DNA of 55,153 nt, from contig JAGWYA010000006.1 of assembly GCA_018969615.1 (NCBI GenBank), positions 1 through 55,153 of the forward strand, in the 5' to 3' direction. This stretch comes from Patescibacteria group bacterium (GTDB lineage: Bacteria; Patescibacteriota; Minisyncoccia; UBA6257; 02-FULL-45-10c). Below, piece by piece: positions 38,823-49,726 of this stretch (positions are counted from its first letter, which is position 1; each line of letters opens with the position of its first letter). The notes under the pieces were generated by a model. That model worked only from the letters and a program-made list of their open reading frames with translations, searched no databases and was not told the origin of the DNA. The position numbers and the translations under genes are program-made.

Positions 38823-41234
38823 CTAAATTTTTAATATATCCGCCACCACTCCCGCTGCAGTAACCTCCGCGCCGGCGCCAGGACCCTGAACGACCAATGG
38901 TCGCTTCGCATACCGCCGGGTCGTGATCGCAAAGATATTATCCGCTCCGCGCGTTCCGGCAAGCGGACTTTCCACCGAGACCGCCTGAAGCGAAGCGCTC
39001 GCTTTCCCATATTCGATCCGCGCGACATAGCGCAATACTTTTTTCTGCGCATACGCCTGAGCGGCCATCTTTTCAAATGCCTTATCAGAGGCGCGCAATC
39101 CTTTCAAAAACGCATCGGCGTTCTTTGCGTTCCGCAATGCCGTAGGGACCAAATTCTCGATCCGTATGTCCTTAAACTCCATCGCGAGACCGATCTCACG
39201 CGCAAGCACCAGCAGCTTCCGGCCGACATCATTTCCATTCAGATCTTCCCGCGGATCCGGTTCGGTGTATCCCAGTTTTTTCGCTTCCGCGACCACTTCG
39301 CTGAATCCCCGTGTTCCGTCAAAGGTATTGAAAATAAAGCTCAGCGTACCGGAAAAGATCCCTTCGATCTTTACGATCCGGTCCCCGCCGACAAGAAGAT
39401 CGCGCAGCGTGCCGATCACCGGCAAGGCCGCACCGACGTTCGTCTCATAGCGGAACTGCTTACGGTTCTTCGCCATGATCTCGCGGATCCGGCGATACTC
39501 GCGCATGCCCAGCACGTTGAACTTCTTGTTCGGCGTTACGATATGGAATCCCGCCTCCGCAACCGCCTGGTATTTTTTCACCACCGCATCGCTTGCCGTG
39601 CAATCCACGAACACGCTGTTCGGCAATACAAGCGCCTGTGCATCGGCGATCCATTGATCGATATCGGCTTCCTTGCCGCGGCTCAATGCCTGTTTCCATC
39701 CGTGAGCATCAATACCTTGCGGGTCCAAAAGCATTTTCGTCGTCGTGGCGATCCCGCAGACGCGAAGCGCCGCTCCCTGCTTCTGAAGCTCGGCGATCTG
39801 ATGTAAAAATTCAGCACCGATCGTTCCCGTTCCCACGAGGAAGATATTCTTTGCGCTTTTTTCAAAAAAAACATTATGCGCTGCGTTCATTGCGCGCACC
39901 TTGTCGTCCGCGCGGACCGCGAACGAAATGTTCCGCTCCGAACCGCCTTGGGCGATCGCCGAAACGCTCACGTCGTTCTCACCGAGCGCGCGAAACAGGG
40001 TACCCGCAATACCCGGTACGCCCCGCATGCCGTCACCGACAAGCGCAAGGATCGCCTGACCGGATGTCGCCGTGATATGCACCAGGCCGTTCCGTACTTC
40101 TCTTATGAATTCCTGCTGCAGTTTCTCAAGCGCCGCCGGTAATTCGGATGATTTGATCGCGATGCAGATCGTATGCTCGGATGACGCCTGAGAGATCAGG
40201 ATCACGTTCGCTTTTGCGCGCTCGGTCGCCCGGAACACCCGTGCGGCACTCCCCGGAATGCCGGCCAAGCTCACACCCGCGATGTTCACCAGCGCGACAT
40301 CATCGATGCCGGTGAGGCATTTGACCCGCATCCCTTCCTCATTCCCGCCGGCGCGGATCCATGTCCCCTCCGCCTGCGGATGGAACGTATTCTTGATCAC
40401 CACCGGAATGTTCTTTCTGACCGCCGGAAGCATCGTCGCCGGATGGATCACTTTCGCACCGAAATACGCCATCTCAATGGCTTCTTCATAACTTACTTCG
40501 GGAAGCACGACCGCGTTCTTCACGATCCGCGGATCGGCGCTGAGGATCCCGTCAACATCGGTCCAGATCTCGATCACTTTTACGTTCAATGCCGCGCCGA
40601 AGATCGCCGCTGAATAATCAGAGCCGCCGCGGCCCAGCGTCGTGGTCGTGCCCCGATCCGTCGAACCGAGGAATCCCGTGATCACCGGAATGCCCTTTTT
40701 CCCTTTAAAAAAAGCGCTGATGTTCCGGTCGGTCTTTGAAAAATCAACGGCGGCATGCACGAACGAGCCGTCGGTCTTTACCAATTCGCGCGCGTCAACG
40801 AAATATCCTCCTTTCAGCGATGCCGCAACGATGTATGCACACAACCGTTCACCGAAGCTCGCTACATGGTCCAGGTTCCGGTCGGAAACCTTTTCCTCTA
40901 CCTTAATACGGTCAAGAACTGAGCGGAGCTCATTCAAAAGTTCGGCGACATACGCCTCGCTTTCTTGTTTTGCTTTTTTACCTTTCACTAACTGCCGGAT
41001 CGCCTGAAGGTGGCGCTTCCGTAATTCTTCCAACTCCTCATCAAGCTTCGGCGAACGAGCTGCGCCCAGCTGCGCACAGCGCAGCAATTGATCGGTCACG
41101 CCCTGGAATGCCGAGACGACGATCGCCGTACCTTCTTTCCGCGCCGATGCGCCGGCGATCGCGGCGACCTCCTTGATCATTTTGGGACTTCCGACCGAAG
41201 ACCCCCCGAACTTCATGACTTTTGTTATTTTCAT
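38823..41234 (-). CDS. thrA: Bifunctional aspartokinase/homoserine dehydrogenase
   Basis: KFGGSSVG, LGRGGSDYS, ACT domains, GTGTIG, YETNVGA, GYTEPDP, GPGAG. Confidence 0.96.
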   Translation of the reverse strand: MKITKVMKFGGSSVGSPKMIKEVAAIAGASARKEGTAIVVSAFQGVTDQLLRCAQLGAARSPKLDEELEELRKRHLQAIRQLVKGKKAKQESEAYVAELLNELRSVLDRIKVEEKVSDRNLDHVASFGERLCAYIVAASLKGGYFVDARELVKTDGSFVHAAVDFSKTDRNISAFFKGKKGIPVITGFLGSTDRGTTTTLGRGGSDYSAAIFGAALNVKVIEIWTDVDGILSADPRIVKNAVVLPEVSYEEAIEMAYFGAKVIHPATMLPAVRKNIPVVIKNTFHPQAEGTWIRAGGNEEGMRVKCLTGIDDVALVNIAGVSLAGIPGSAARVFRATERAKANVILISQASSEHTICIAIKSSELPAALEKLQQEFIREVRNGLVHITATSGQAILALVGDGMRGVPGIAGTLFRALGENDVSVSAIAQGGSERNISFAVRADDKVRAMNAAHNVFFEKSAKNIFLVGTGTIGAEFLHQIAELQKQGAALRVCGIATTTKMLLDPQGIDAHGWKQALSRGKEADIDQWIADAQALVLPNSVFVDCTASDAVVKKYQAVAEAGFHIVTPNKKFNVLGMREYRRIREIMAKNRKQFRYETNVGAALPVIGTLRDLLVGGDRIVKIEGIFSGTLSFIFNTFDGTRGFSEVVAEAKKLGYTEPDPREDLNGNDVGRKLLVLAREIGLAMEFKDIRIENLVPTALRNAKNADAFLKGLRASDKAFEKMAAQAYAQKKVLRYVARIEYGKASASLQAVSVESPLAGTRGADNIFAITTRRYAKRPLVVQGPGAGAEVTAAGVVADILKI

Positions 41235-41252
41235 AAGATAAATGATGAATAA

Positions 41253-41284
41253 ATGAAAACCGCCTCGGAGCTCCGGGGCGGTTC
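41253..41284 (-). terminator. Attenuator terminator of the thr operon
   Basis: AACCGCCCCGGA-GC-TCCGAGGCGGTT-TTCATTT on the minus strand; its 5' arm can instead pair with leader sequence CTTCGGGGCTGTT. Confidence 0.85.
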
Positions 41285-41307
41285 AGTATATTTTCTTCAA
41301 ATACTAC

Positions 41308-41373
41308 TTAACAGCCCCGAAGATCGTTTTGGGTAGTCGTCGTAGTCGTAGTGGTCGTGGTCGAAAAACGCAT
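41308..41373 (-). CDS. thrL: thr operon leader peptide MRFSTTTTTTTTTTQNDLRGC
   Basis: Ten consecutive Thr codons directly upstream of the terminator and thrA. Confidence 0.9.
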   Translation of the reverse strand: MRFSTTTTTTTTTTQNDLRGC

Positions 41374-41451
41374 GTTCTGAGTATAGCACATATCACTACG
41401 ACGTCCACACTAATAGCCTCAAATAAAAAAACCGGCTTTACGCCGGCTGTC

Positions 41452-41799
41452 TTACAAGTAAATCCCGTATTTTATCGCATTAATAAGAGTAAGAACTTGA
41501 TCCGATCCCTCCGAACGCTCGATCATGCATGAGATCGGAGAAATATCTCCTAAATATGCATTTTTTCTGTTCAGCCATTTCCCAATCCTATCCCGCTTCA
41601 GAACTCCGTGAGACTCGGAAATGATCTTCTCGAGTTTATGGAACGTAAAAAGACGATGCGCCCTACTTACGTTCTTACCCTTCTTCCATCGCCGCACCGT
41701 TGATTCAGAAACCCCAAGTATCTTTCCAAGTATCCGAGGACTTACCTGGTAAAATCGCAAAAGCACATTGATCCGCTGAGCGATTGTTTTTTCAGTCAC
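41452..41799 (-). CDS. Xre/MbcA/ParS-type antitoxin-like protein
   Basis: N-terminal HTH LGVSESTVRRW; C-terminal KWLNRKNAYLGDISP...GSDQV...IKYGIY. Confidence 0.7.
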   Translation of the reverse strand: MTEKTIAQRINVLLRFYQVSPRILGKILGVSESTVRRWKKGKNVSRAHRLFTFHKLEKIISESHGVLKRDRIGKWLNRKNAYLGDISPISCMIERSEGSDQVLTLINAIKYGIYL

Positions 41800-41839
41800 A
41801 TAAACTCCGTGAACAACGAACTATTGGAAGTGTAGCTCT

Positions 41840-42985
41840 CTAGGCGGAAATTTTCAAGAATTTATGCTTCCCCACCTGGAGCACGATCTCGCCGCCCAGC
41901 GCGACCGTTCGCATCGGTTCAGTCTGCCGCTCACCGTCCAGTTTCACGCCGCCTTGTTCGATCAACCGCCGCGCTTCGCTCTTACTTGCCGCCATACCGG
42001 TCTCCAGAAGCAAATCGGTCAGGCTCAAGCTTTTTACTTTCAACTTTTTACGTTCAATATCGCTTGGTATTTCCTTGTTCGAAACCACGCGCACGAACTC
42101 ATCCTCAGCCGCAGCCGCAGCTTTCGCGTCGTGGTACATACCGACGATTGTTTTAGCCAGCGCAAGCTTCGCCTCTCGCGGATCTTCGGTCGGCCGCTTC
42201 GCATCAGTGCACAAAGTGAAATACTGGTCGATCAGATCGTCATTCACCGACATAACCTTCCGGAACATCTCGTTTGGTTCATCAGTAAGACCGATATAGT
42301 TGCCCACTGATTTTGACATCTTCTTTACGCCGTCGGTTCCCACCAAAAGCGGAACGGTGATCACGTCCTGCTGAGGCAGGCCGCGATGGCGTTGGAGATC
42401 TCTCCCGGCAAGCATATTGAACTTTTGATCGGTGCCGCCAAGCTCAACGTCAGCCTCAACTATGATCGAGTCATAGGCTTGCATGATCGGATACAGGACC
42501 TCGTGGCTGTGCACCTCCGTGCCGCTCTTCAGCCGCTTCGTGAAATCATCACGCTCCAAAATGCGCTGAACTGTGAATTCCGCCATCAGCTTGATCAGTG
42601 ATGCGAGATCGAGCTTCCTGAACCACTCGCTGTTATAGCGGATCTCGATCTTTTTTGCGTTCAAGATCTTCCCCACCTGTTTGAAATAGGTCTTTGCATT
42701 GGCCTTGACCTCCTGTTCTGAAAGCATCGGGCGCGCCTTCGAGCGGTCGGTCGGGTCGCCGATCCGGGCGGTATAATCGCCGATGATAAAAACGATCGTA
42801 TGCCCCTGATCCTGAAACTCCTTTAATTTCCTGAGCGCGACCGAATGCCCCAAATGAAGGTCGGGCGCGGTCGGATCCGCCCCGTATTTGATCCGCAGTT
42901 TTTTCCCGCTCGCAAACGCTTTTTCCAGATGATCTTTTTCGATCACCTCGACAACGCCGCGGGTCAGTAGGTCGTTCTGTGCCAT
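41840..42985 (-). CDS. tyrS: Tyrosyl-tRNA synthetase
   Basis: GADPTAPDLHLGH, GGTDQ, KMSKS, C-terminal S4 domain. Confidence 0.98.
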   Translation of the reverse strand: MAQNDLLTRGVVEVIEKDHLEKAFASGKKLRIKYGADPTAPDLHLGHSVALRKLKEFQDQGHTIVFIIGDYTARIGDPTDRSKARPMLSEQEVKANAKTYFKQVGKILNAKKIEIRYNSEWFRKLDLASLIKLMAEFTVQRILERDDFTKRLKSGTEVHSHEVLYPIMQAYDSIIVEADVELGGTDQKFNMLAGRDLQRHRGLPQQDVITVPLLVGTDGVKKMSKSVGNYIGLTDEPNEMFRKVMSVNDDLIDQYFTLCTDAKRPTEDPREAKLALAKTIVGMYHDAKAAAAAEDEFVRVVSNKEIPSDIERKKLKVKSLSLTDLLLETGMAASKSEARRLIEQGGVKLDGERQTEPMRTVALGGEIVLQVGKHKFLKISA

Positions 42986-43016
42986 TGTTATACAGTATAA
43001 AACAAAAGGTTCTCAT

Positions 43017-43301
43017 TTAAAATGAGAACCTTCCCATGGGGCACACCAGGTGCCCGAACAACTCCCAATCGAGATCGTCGTCTCCGGTATTCCTGATGCG
43101 CCGGAAGCACTGCGCCGCATCATCGCACCGTAAGGTCAGCATCTCATCCGCATACGATCCCGTGCCGGAAAAGAGAAGCCCGCCCCTATGCTCGCCGATG
43201 CATTCCCTGACCACATCCTTCAACCGAAGGTCGGTACCGCCGATCCCGGGCTCTACGATGAACAAATGCCGCCAATTCTCACGCAGCTCGGTCAGCGTCA
43301 T
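43017..43301 (-). CDS. Hypothetical protein
   Basis: 94-aa ORF filling the tyrS-clpP gap. Confidence 0.4.
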   Translation of the reverse strand: MTLTELRENWRHLFIVEPGIGGTDLRLKDVVRECIGEHRGGLLFSGTGSYADEMLTLRCDDAAQCFRRIRNTGDDDLDWELFGHLVCPMGRFSF

Positions 43302-43384
43302 AGCGATCTCGCATGTACTACGGTTCTGTTCCCACTCTACGCCGTCCGCCTACAAAAAAACAAGCCCCGCGCGGGGCTTGTTTT

Positions 43385-43984
43385 TTATTTTCCGGTCTTT
43401 CCTTTCAGGATCTCATCGACAACGCCGTAATCTTTCGCTTCCTGCGCCGTCAGCCAGAAATCCCGGTCGGTGTCCTTTTCGATCTTCGCATGCGACTGGC
43501 CGGTGTTCTTCGAAAGGATCTGGTTCAGCTGCTCCTTCATGCGAAGGATATGCTTGGCCGTGATCTCGATCTCCACCGCCTGGCCTTCCGCGCCGCCCAT
43601 CACCTGATGCAAAAGCACTTCAGAGTTCGGGAGCGCAATGCGTTTCCCTTTCTTTCCCGCCGTAAGAAGGACCGCAGCCATCGATGCCGCCACGCCGACG
43701 CAGATCGTCGAGACGTCCGGCTTGATATGCTGCATGGTGTCATAGATCGCGAGTCCTGCAGACACCGATCCGCCCGGTGAATTGATATAGAGCTTAATAT
43801 CCTTCTTCGGATCCTCATGTTCAAGGAACAGCAGCTGCGCAATGATCGTGTTCGCCATGCCATCATTGATCGGACCGGCAAGGAAAATGATCCGCTCCTT
43901 CAAAAGACGGGAATAAATGTCATAGGCGCGCTCGCCCATGCCTGTTTTTTCGATAACCGTCGGAATAAGATATTCGTTCTGCAT
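43385..43984 (-). CDS. clpP: ClpP protease proteolytic subunit
   Basis: [24 protein letters not shown]. Confidence 0.98.
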   Translation of the reverse strand: MQNEYLIPTVIEKTGMGERAYDIYSRLLKERIIFLAGPINDGMANTIIAQLLFLEHEDPKKDIKLYINSPGGSVSAGLAIYDTMQHIKPDVSTICVGVAASMAAVLLTAGKKGKRIALPNSEVLLHQVMGGAEGQAVEIEITAKHILRMKEQLNQILSKNTGQSHAKIEKDTDRDFWLTAQEAKDYGVVDEILKGKTGK

Positions 43985-44038
43985 ATAAGTAGTATACTCT
44001 ATTTTACGATAGCCGAGACCACCGGCTCTGCCTTGTTT

Positions 44039-45307
44039 TTACTGCAGGGACTCCAAAAAGTCAAAAACTTTCTTGTTCTGCACGCGGCTGTAGCTGTAAT
44101 CGTACAAACGCTGCGGATCAAGCGTTTTCGTCTGCTCGGACGTCATCGTGTTCGCGAACCGCTTCGCCTCTTCTTCAACCTCCGGCGGCGTCGGCTGCAG
44201 GTTCTCATCCTTGGCGATCTGGTACAGGACCAGATTTGTCGCCACACTTTCTTTCGCCTTCGGCTCCAGCTGCTTCCGCAGCGCCTCGTCGCTCAGATCC
44301 TCCTGCTTCGCTCCCGCCTGCTGCGAGGCGCTGCGATACTCCTGGTATTCCTGCACCATGCTGTCGAGGGTATGCTGCAACATCGGTTCCGGAATATCCA
44401 TGGTCGCATGCTTGATGATCTGTTCGATCATCTTCAGGCGCACGCGTTCCTTCTCCTTATCGCTCTTTTCTTTCGTAATGCCATCGCGAATGTTCTTTTT
44501 CAGCTCCGCAACGGTCTCAAACTTCCCGAGCGACTTTGCAAACTCATCGTTCAGCTCCGGCAAGGTCCGTTCAAACACGCCATGGACCGTTACCGCAAAA
44601 TCAACCTTTTTATTCCGCATGTCTTCTTTCCAATAATCCTTCGGGAACGTGACCGCAAAAGAAACCTTGTCGCCTTCCTTATGGCCGATCAAGTTCTCTT
44701 CGAACCCGGGAACGAATTTCCCGTCGCCCAGCACAAAACTATCCGCATGGCCGGATGCGCCATCCAATGCTTTTCCGTCCGCGGTTCCCGTAAAATCCAT
44801 ATCCAACACATCTCCTTTTTTCGCGTCGCGGGCGACCCGGGCCAGCTTTGCGCGGGAGTTCAGGACCCATTTCATCGTATCGTCGATCTCCTTCTCGTCC
44901 ACCTTCACTTCTTTTTTCTCCGCCTGGAGAACCTTCGCGGCGTGCTTTTTGTAATCACCAAGATCAACCTGCGGAAAGACCGTGAGATGTGCTTTGAATT
45001 TCAAACCTTCCTTGCTTTCAAGGACCTCAATGCGGGGCTGATCGATGATCTGCCATTCTTTATCCTCCGCGATCTCCTTCAGCGTCGCCTGGACCGCGCG
45101 GCGGACAGCTTCCTCAAAGACCCGTTCCTTGTCGACGGCTTTGCTCGCCATTTCTTTCGGCGCCGTGCCGGGACGAAATCCTTTGAGATGAACCTTTCCG
45201 ACCGCATCATCAAAAAGCGGCTGATAGTAGTCGAGGAACTCCTTGTGATCAAGGGCAACTTCAAGATCGTACGATGAGTTCTTAAGTTTTTTTTCTGTGA
45301 ATTTCAT
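44039..45307 (-). CDS. tig: Trigger factor
   Basis: GFRPGTAP, FKBP domain (FVPGFEE, FPKDY); upstream of clpP. Confidence 0.96.
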   Translation of the reverse strand: MKFTEKKLKNSSYDLEVALDHKEFLDYYQPLFDDAVGKVHLKGFRPGTAPKEMASKAVDKERVFEEAVRRAVQATLKEIAEDKEWQIIDQPRIEVLESKEGLKFKAHLTVFPQVDLGDYKKHAAKVLQAEKKEVKVDEKEIDDTMKWVLNSRAKLARVARDAKKGDVLDMDFTGTADGKALDGASGHADSFVLGDGKFVPGFEENLIGHKEGDKVSFAVTFPKDYWKEDMRNKKVDFAVTVHGVFERTLPELNDEFAKSLGKFETVAELKKNIRDGITKEKSDKEKERVRLKMIEQIIKHATMDIPEPMLQHTLDSMVQEYQEYRSASQQAGAKQEDLSDEALRKQLEPKAKESVATNLVLYQIAKDENLQPTPPEVEEEAKRFANTMTSEQTKTLDPQRLYDYSYSRVQNKKVFDFLESLQ

Positions 45308-45329
45308 TATAAGATCGTAACAACAATGT

Positions 45330-47309
45330 TTAGAGGAACGGGATCAAGAGCAATGCAACGATGTTGATGACTTTGATCAGCGGATTGATCGCCGGGCCCG
45401 CCGTATCCTTATACGGATCGCCGACCGTATCACCGGTCACTGCAGCCTTATGCGCATCGGATCCTTTGCCGCCAAAATGGCCCGATTCGATATACTTCTT
45501 CGCGTTGTCCCATGCCGCGCCGCCGGTCGTCATCGAAATACCGAGGAACAGACCTGCGACAATGGTGCCGACAAGGAAGCCGCCAAGCGCCTGGGCGCCA
45601 AGGAATAATCCTACCAGCAACACCGCCGCGAGCGGGATCAGCGCCGGCAATACCATTTCTTTCAAAGCCGCCTGCGTCACAATATCCACCGCGCGCGCAT
45701 AATCCGGCTTCACCTTGAACTCCATAATGCCCGGCATCTCGCGGAATTGGCGGCGCACTTCTTCCACGACCGCGCCTGCGCTCTTGCCGACCGCTTTCAT
45801 CGCGATCGATGCAAAGAGATACGGAACCGCCGCACCCAGCAGCAAGCCGATCACTACCGAAGGATTCTGAAGGTCAAATACCGCTGTTTTTCCGGACGCC
45901 GTAAGATCGGCAACGTATCCGGCGAACAATACGATCGCGGCCAATCCGGCCGACGCGATCGCGTACCCCTTGGTCACCGCTTTTGTCGTGTTCCCGACCG
46001 CATCAAGCGCATCAGTGATCTTACGCACGTGCGACGGAGCTCCGCTCATTTCAGCAATACCGCCCGCGTTATCGGTGATCGGACCGAACGAATCGATCGC
46101 GATCACAATACCCGCGACCGACAGCATCGAAGTTGCCGCAAGCGCCACGCCGTATAATCCCGCAAGACTGTAGCTCGCAAGGATCGCGCCGACGATGACC
46201 AGCACCGGCACAAAGGTCGATTCCATACCGACGGAAAGTCCCATGATGATATTCGTTCCATGACCCGAGTTCGATGCATCGGCGATCGATTTCACCGGAC
46301 GATAGTTGGTCGCCGTATAGTAATCAGTGACCACCACCATTAACGCCGTCACCGCCAATCCGATCAACGTGCTGAGATAAAAATTCATATATCCGACACC
46401 GAAGTAGAACTGGGTCGCCGGATAGAAAAGCACCGCGGATGCGACCAGCGAAGCGATCAATCCTTTATAGAGCGCACCCATGATCGTCCCGCCTTCGCTC
46501 ACTTTCACGAAGAATGTTCCGAAAAGCGATGCGACGATCGCAAGGCCGCCGATCACCATCGGAAACATCACCAGCGGGCTCGTTGGTGTTTTATCGATCA
46601 AAAATCCGAGCAGCATCGCCGCAACCAGCGTTACCGCATAGGTTTCGAACAGGTCAGCCGCCATCCCTGCGCAGTCACCGACGTTGTCACCGACGTTGTC
46701 GGCGATCACGCCCGGATTGCGCATGTCATCCTCCGGAATACCCGCTTCCACCTTTCCGACAAGATCAGTTCCCACATCCGCCGCTTTCGTATAGATACCG
46801 CCGCCCAACCGCGCAAAAACCGAGATCAAGCTTGCGCCGAAACCGAGTCCGATCAATGCCTTCACATCATGCGTCGCCATAAAGAAACCGGCGATCGCAA
46901 GCAATCCCAGCGCCACCACTAAAAAGCCGGTGACCGCGCCCGCTTTGAACGCCATTGAAAGCGCATCGTTCAATCCGCGCGACGCCGCTTCCGCGGTCTT
47001 CGCATTCGAACGCACCGCCACGTTCATACCGATATATCCCGCCACCGCCGATGCCGTCGCACCAATCACGAATCCGGCCGCCGGAACAAAACCAAGGAAA
47101 TAATAGATCGCGACCAGCAACACCACCGCGACCATCGCCACGCTGCGGTACTGACGGTTCAAGAACGCGCTTGATCCTCCCTGGATCGCCGCGGAGATCT
47201 CCCGCATCTTTTCATTGCCATTCGGCTGCGTGCGAAGCCATACCATAATATAGGCGCTATACAGCACCGCGAGCACGATCGGACCAAAGACTAAAAGTGA
47301 AAAACCCAT
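45330..47309 (-). CDS. hppA: Membrane pyrophosphatase, K+-independent H+-pumping type
   Basis: [27 protein letters not shown] (Lys variant), [10 protein letters not shown]. Confidence 0.95.
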   Translation of the reverse strand: MGFSLLVFGPIVLAVLYSAYIMVWLRTQPNGNEKMREISAAIQGGSSAFLNRQYRSVAMVAVVLLVAIYYFLGFVPAAGFVIGATASAVAGYIGMNVAVRSNAKTAEAASRGLNDALSMAFKAGAVTGFLVVALGLLAIAGFFMATHDVKALIGLGFGASLISVFARLGGGIYTKAADVGTDLVGKVEAGIPEDDMRNPGVIADNVGDNVGDCAGMAADLFETYAVTLVAAMLLGFLIDKTPTSPLVMFPMVIGGLAIVASLFGTFFVKVSEGGTIMGALYKGLIASLVASAVLFYPATQFYFGVGYMNFYLSTLIGLAVTALMVVVTDYYTATNYRPVKSIADASNSGHGTNIIMGLSVGMESTFVPVLVIVGAILASYSLAGLYGVALAATSMLSVAGIVIAIDSFGPITDNAGGIAEMSGAPSHVRKITDALDAVGNTTKAVTKGYAIASAGLAAIVLFAGYVADLTASGKTAVFDLQNPSVVIGLLLGAAVPYLFASIAMKAVGKSAGAVVEEVRRQFREMPGIMEFKVKPDYARAVDIVTQAALKEMVLPALIPLAAVLLVGLFLGAQALGGFLVGTIVAGLFLGISMTTGGAAWDNAKKYIESGHFGGKGSDAHKAAVTGDTVGDPYKDTAGPAINPLIKVINIVALLLIPFL

Positions 47310-47336
47310 AAGAACGTTAGTTGAATTAATTAATGA

Positions 47337-48557
47337 TTAAAAATCCGCAAGCCCGTCATCACCGGTCTTTTTTTCTTCAACAGCGCCCGACGCGACGCCG
47401 CCTTCCAAGACCTCATCAGGCTTTGCCTGAGAACGCACATCGATCTTCCAGCCGGTCAGCTTTGCAGCCAAGCGGACGTTCTGTCCTCCCTTGCCGATCG
47501 CCAAGCTCAGCTGGTCGTCGGGAACGAATGCACGCGCTTCACGACGGGGAAGGACCTCAACGCTCGTCACCTTCGCCGGCGACAATGCATTCGTGATGAA
47601 CTTCACCGGCTCTTCAGCCCATTCGATGATATCGATCTTTTCCTGTCCCAGCTCGTTGCTCACCGCCATCACGCGGGTTCCCCGCTGACCGACGCACGAC
47701 CCGACCGGGTCAACGCCCTCACCCTTGGAAAGCACGGCGATCTTCGTGCGGCTTCCCGCTTCGCGGGCGACCGATTTGATCTCCACAACGCCATCGGCGA
47801 TCTCCGGCACTTCCAGTTCAAAAAGCTTCTCCACGAACTTCGGATGCGAACGCGACAAGATGATTCCCGGAATACGAGTCTCTTCCTGGACCGCGGCGAT
47901 ATAGAAACGCATACGGTCACCAACCGTGTAGTGTTCGCCCGGGATCGATTCATTATAGAACATGATACCGGTCGCACGGCCGAGGTCTATGAACACGTTG
48001 CCGCGGTCATACCGCTGCACCATGCCGCTGATGATCTCTCCCGCTTTATTGCGGAACTCATCAAGGATCGAATCGCGCTCCGCTTCGCGCAACCGCTGCA
48101 GGATCACCTGCTTTGCGGTCTGTGCGGCAATACGGCCGAAATCATCGTGCATTTCAAGCGGAAAAACAAGCTCTTCGCCAAGCTGCGCATCCGCCTTTAT
48201 CTCCTGCGCTTCCTTCAGGAACATATGGCGGTCCGCATTATAGCGCGGCAACAAACCCTCCTCCGCCGGCTCCGGCTCCTGTCCCCTGCGGGAACGAGGC
48301 GCCTCTTCCGGCTCCTCCTCGCCTTCCTCCGGAATGCGGACCGTCGTCTCATCGACGACCGTCTTCACCTTCCAAAACTTCAAGCCGCCGGTCTTTTGAT
48401 CGAACTGGCAGCGCACCACGTCGCCCTTCTGGCAATATTCTTTTTTATACGCGGCCGCGAGCGACATCTCGAGCGCCGTAAACACCTTCTGAGCGTCGAT
48501 CCCTTTTTCCTGGGAGATCTGCTCCACTGCCTTTTTTAATTCTTTTAAATTGAACAT
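47337..48557 (-). CDS. nusA: Transcription termination factor NusA
   Basis: FGRIAAQTAKQ, EVPEI, AREAGSRTK, LAIGKGGQNVRLA. Confidence 0.98.
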   Translation of the reverse strand: MFNLKELKKAVEQISQEKGIDAQKVFTALEMSLAAAYKKEYCQKGDVVRCQFDQKTGGLKFWKVKTVVDETTVRIPEEGEEEPEEAPRSRRGQEPEPAEEGLLPRYNADRHMFLKEAQEIKADAQLGEELVFPLEMHDDFGRIAAQTAKQVILQRLREAERDSILDEFRNKAGEIISGMVQRYDRGNVFIDLGRATGIMFYNESIPGEHYTVGDRMRFYIAAVQEETRIPGIILSRSHPKFVEKLFELEVPEIADGVVEIKSVAREAGSRTKIAVLSKGEGVDPVGSCVGQRGTRVMAVSNELGQEKIDIIEWAEEPVKFITNALSPAKVTSVEVLPRREARAFVPDDQLSLAIGKGGQNVRLAAKLTGWKIDVRSQAKPDEVLEGGVASGAVEEKKTGDDGLADF

Positions 48558-48741
48558 ACGGTATACCTTCGTTTTTAATGATTATTTTTAATTTTTATTT
48601 TTTATATTTACCCCTTATTAAATAAATATCCGCCAACCTGGCGGACACATCGATCATCGCTACTAGTATACACGAAAATATGAAAAAGTCAAGTTTGCGC
48701 TCAAAAATAAAATCCCCTCTTTTCAGAGGGGATCAAACTGA

Positions 48742-49473
48742 TTACCGTGAAGAGACTTTCTCCAGAAGCCATTCGGTGGCGGGTGCAAACGACTGAGCGT
48801 CGATCGCCACGTCGCCCATAACTTCGAGAAGCTTCTTGCGCCCCTCTTCAGTTCGGGCAAGGCCGAATCGGTTCTCCTTCAGATGGCCGAGTAGTCGATC
48901 GCCGCTCGGAGAGTCACCGACTGCCAGAATGTTCCGGTATGGAACACCGTGCACATCAGCGAACCGGCGCGAGAATGCTCCTTTATTGAACGGATAGACC
49001 GAGGTTTTCGGATCGAAGCCGACCACCTTCCCGTGCGCATCGAACGTCAGCCGGGTCGAATACACCTTATCGATCAGCATCTCTAGGCCCTGCCATACCA
49101 GCGCAGCCCGGATGAACTGAGCGATGCCGTAGGAAACGATCGCGACCGGAATACCGCGTGAGCGAAGATCCATCAGGCAGGCGCTCACGCCGTCGCGGAA
49201 CCTTATGTTCGCGAGCGTCCGATTGATCGTCCTCATCGTCAGACCGGCATCTGCATACAACGCGACCGTATCGGCAAACCATTGCTTCTGCTCGGCGCGG
49301 GTTAATCCGCTCTCCAGGGCCTTCGCAAGATAGTGCTTGCGCATGCGCTCCGCCCGACAATGATAGGTCCGGGACATGCCATGCGTATCGATCACGTCAT
49401 ACAGTGATCCGTAGGAAGGCGGGATGAGCGTCCCGTCAAAGTCCAGTACAACAGCCCACTTGGCCGTTCTCAT
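48742..49473 (-). CDS. HAD-superfamily hydrolase
   Basis: DFDGTL, IVS, K, AVGDS. Confidence 0.85.
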   Translation of the reverse strand: MRTAKWAVVLDFDGTLIPPSYGSLYDVIDTHGMSRTYHCRAERMRKHYLAKALESGLTRAEQKQWFADTVALYADAGLTMRTINRTLANIRFRDGVSACLMDLRSRGIPVAIVSYGIAQFIRAALVWQGLEMLIDKVYSTRLTFDAHGKVVGFDPKTSVYPFNKGAFSRRFADVHGVPYRNILAVGDSPSGDRLLGHLKENRFGLARTEEGRKKLLEVMGDVAIDAQSFAPATEWLLEKVSSR

Positions 49474-49565
49474 TTTTTCTCCTCATTCAAAGAACGAATT
49501 TGAATATAGTGTACAAGAAAAAAAGCGTTTCGTCAAAAAGCCCCCGATGTTGGTCGGGGGCTACT

Positions 49566-49700
49566 TTAGGAACTGATCCTGATAGGCTGCGGCATGAAAT
49601 TACCGCACTCACGGCACACCCGCCCATCCTTCCCGCAGTCGGGATGAGCGCACGGCGGCGGAGCAGTATCGTCCCGGACCTGCTTTTCATTCTTGGCCAT
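49566..49700 (-). CDS. 44-aa four-Cys microprotein (absent from the ORF track)
   Basis: AGGAGG SD; MAKNEKQVRDDTAPPPCAHPDCGKDGRVCRECGNFMPQPIRISS*; hairpin terminator right after. Confidence 0.6.
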   Translation of the reverse strand: MAKNEKQVRDDTAPPPCAHPDCGKDGRVCRECGNFMPQPIRISS

Positions 49701-49726
49701 AGAACCTCCTGAATGGACTGTCCCCA

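Noticed and set aside
43817..45277. 486-aa plus-strand ORF
   Set aside because: Antisense shadow of tig/clpP with no recognisable motifs; the same applies to most short overlapping ORFs in the track.
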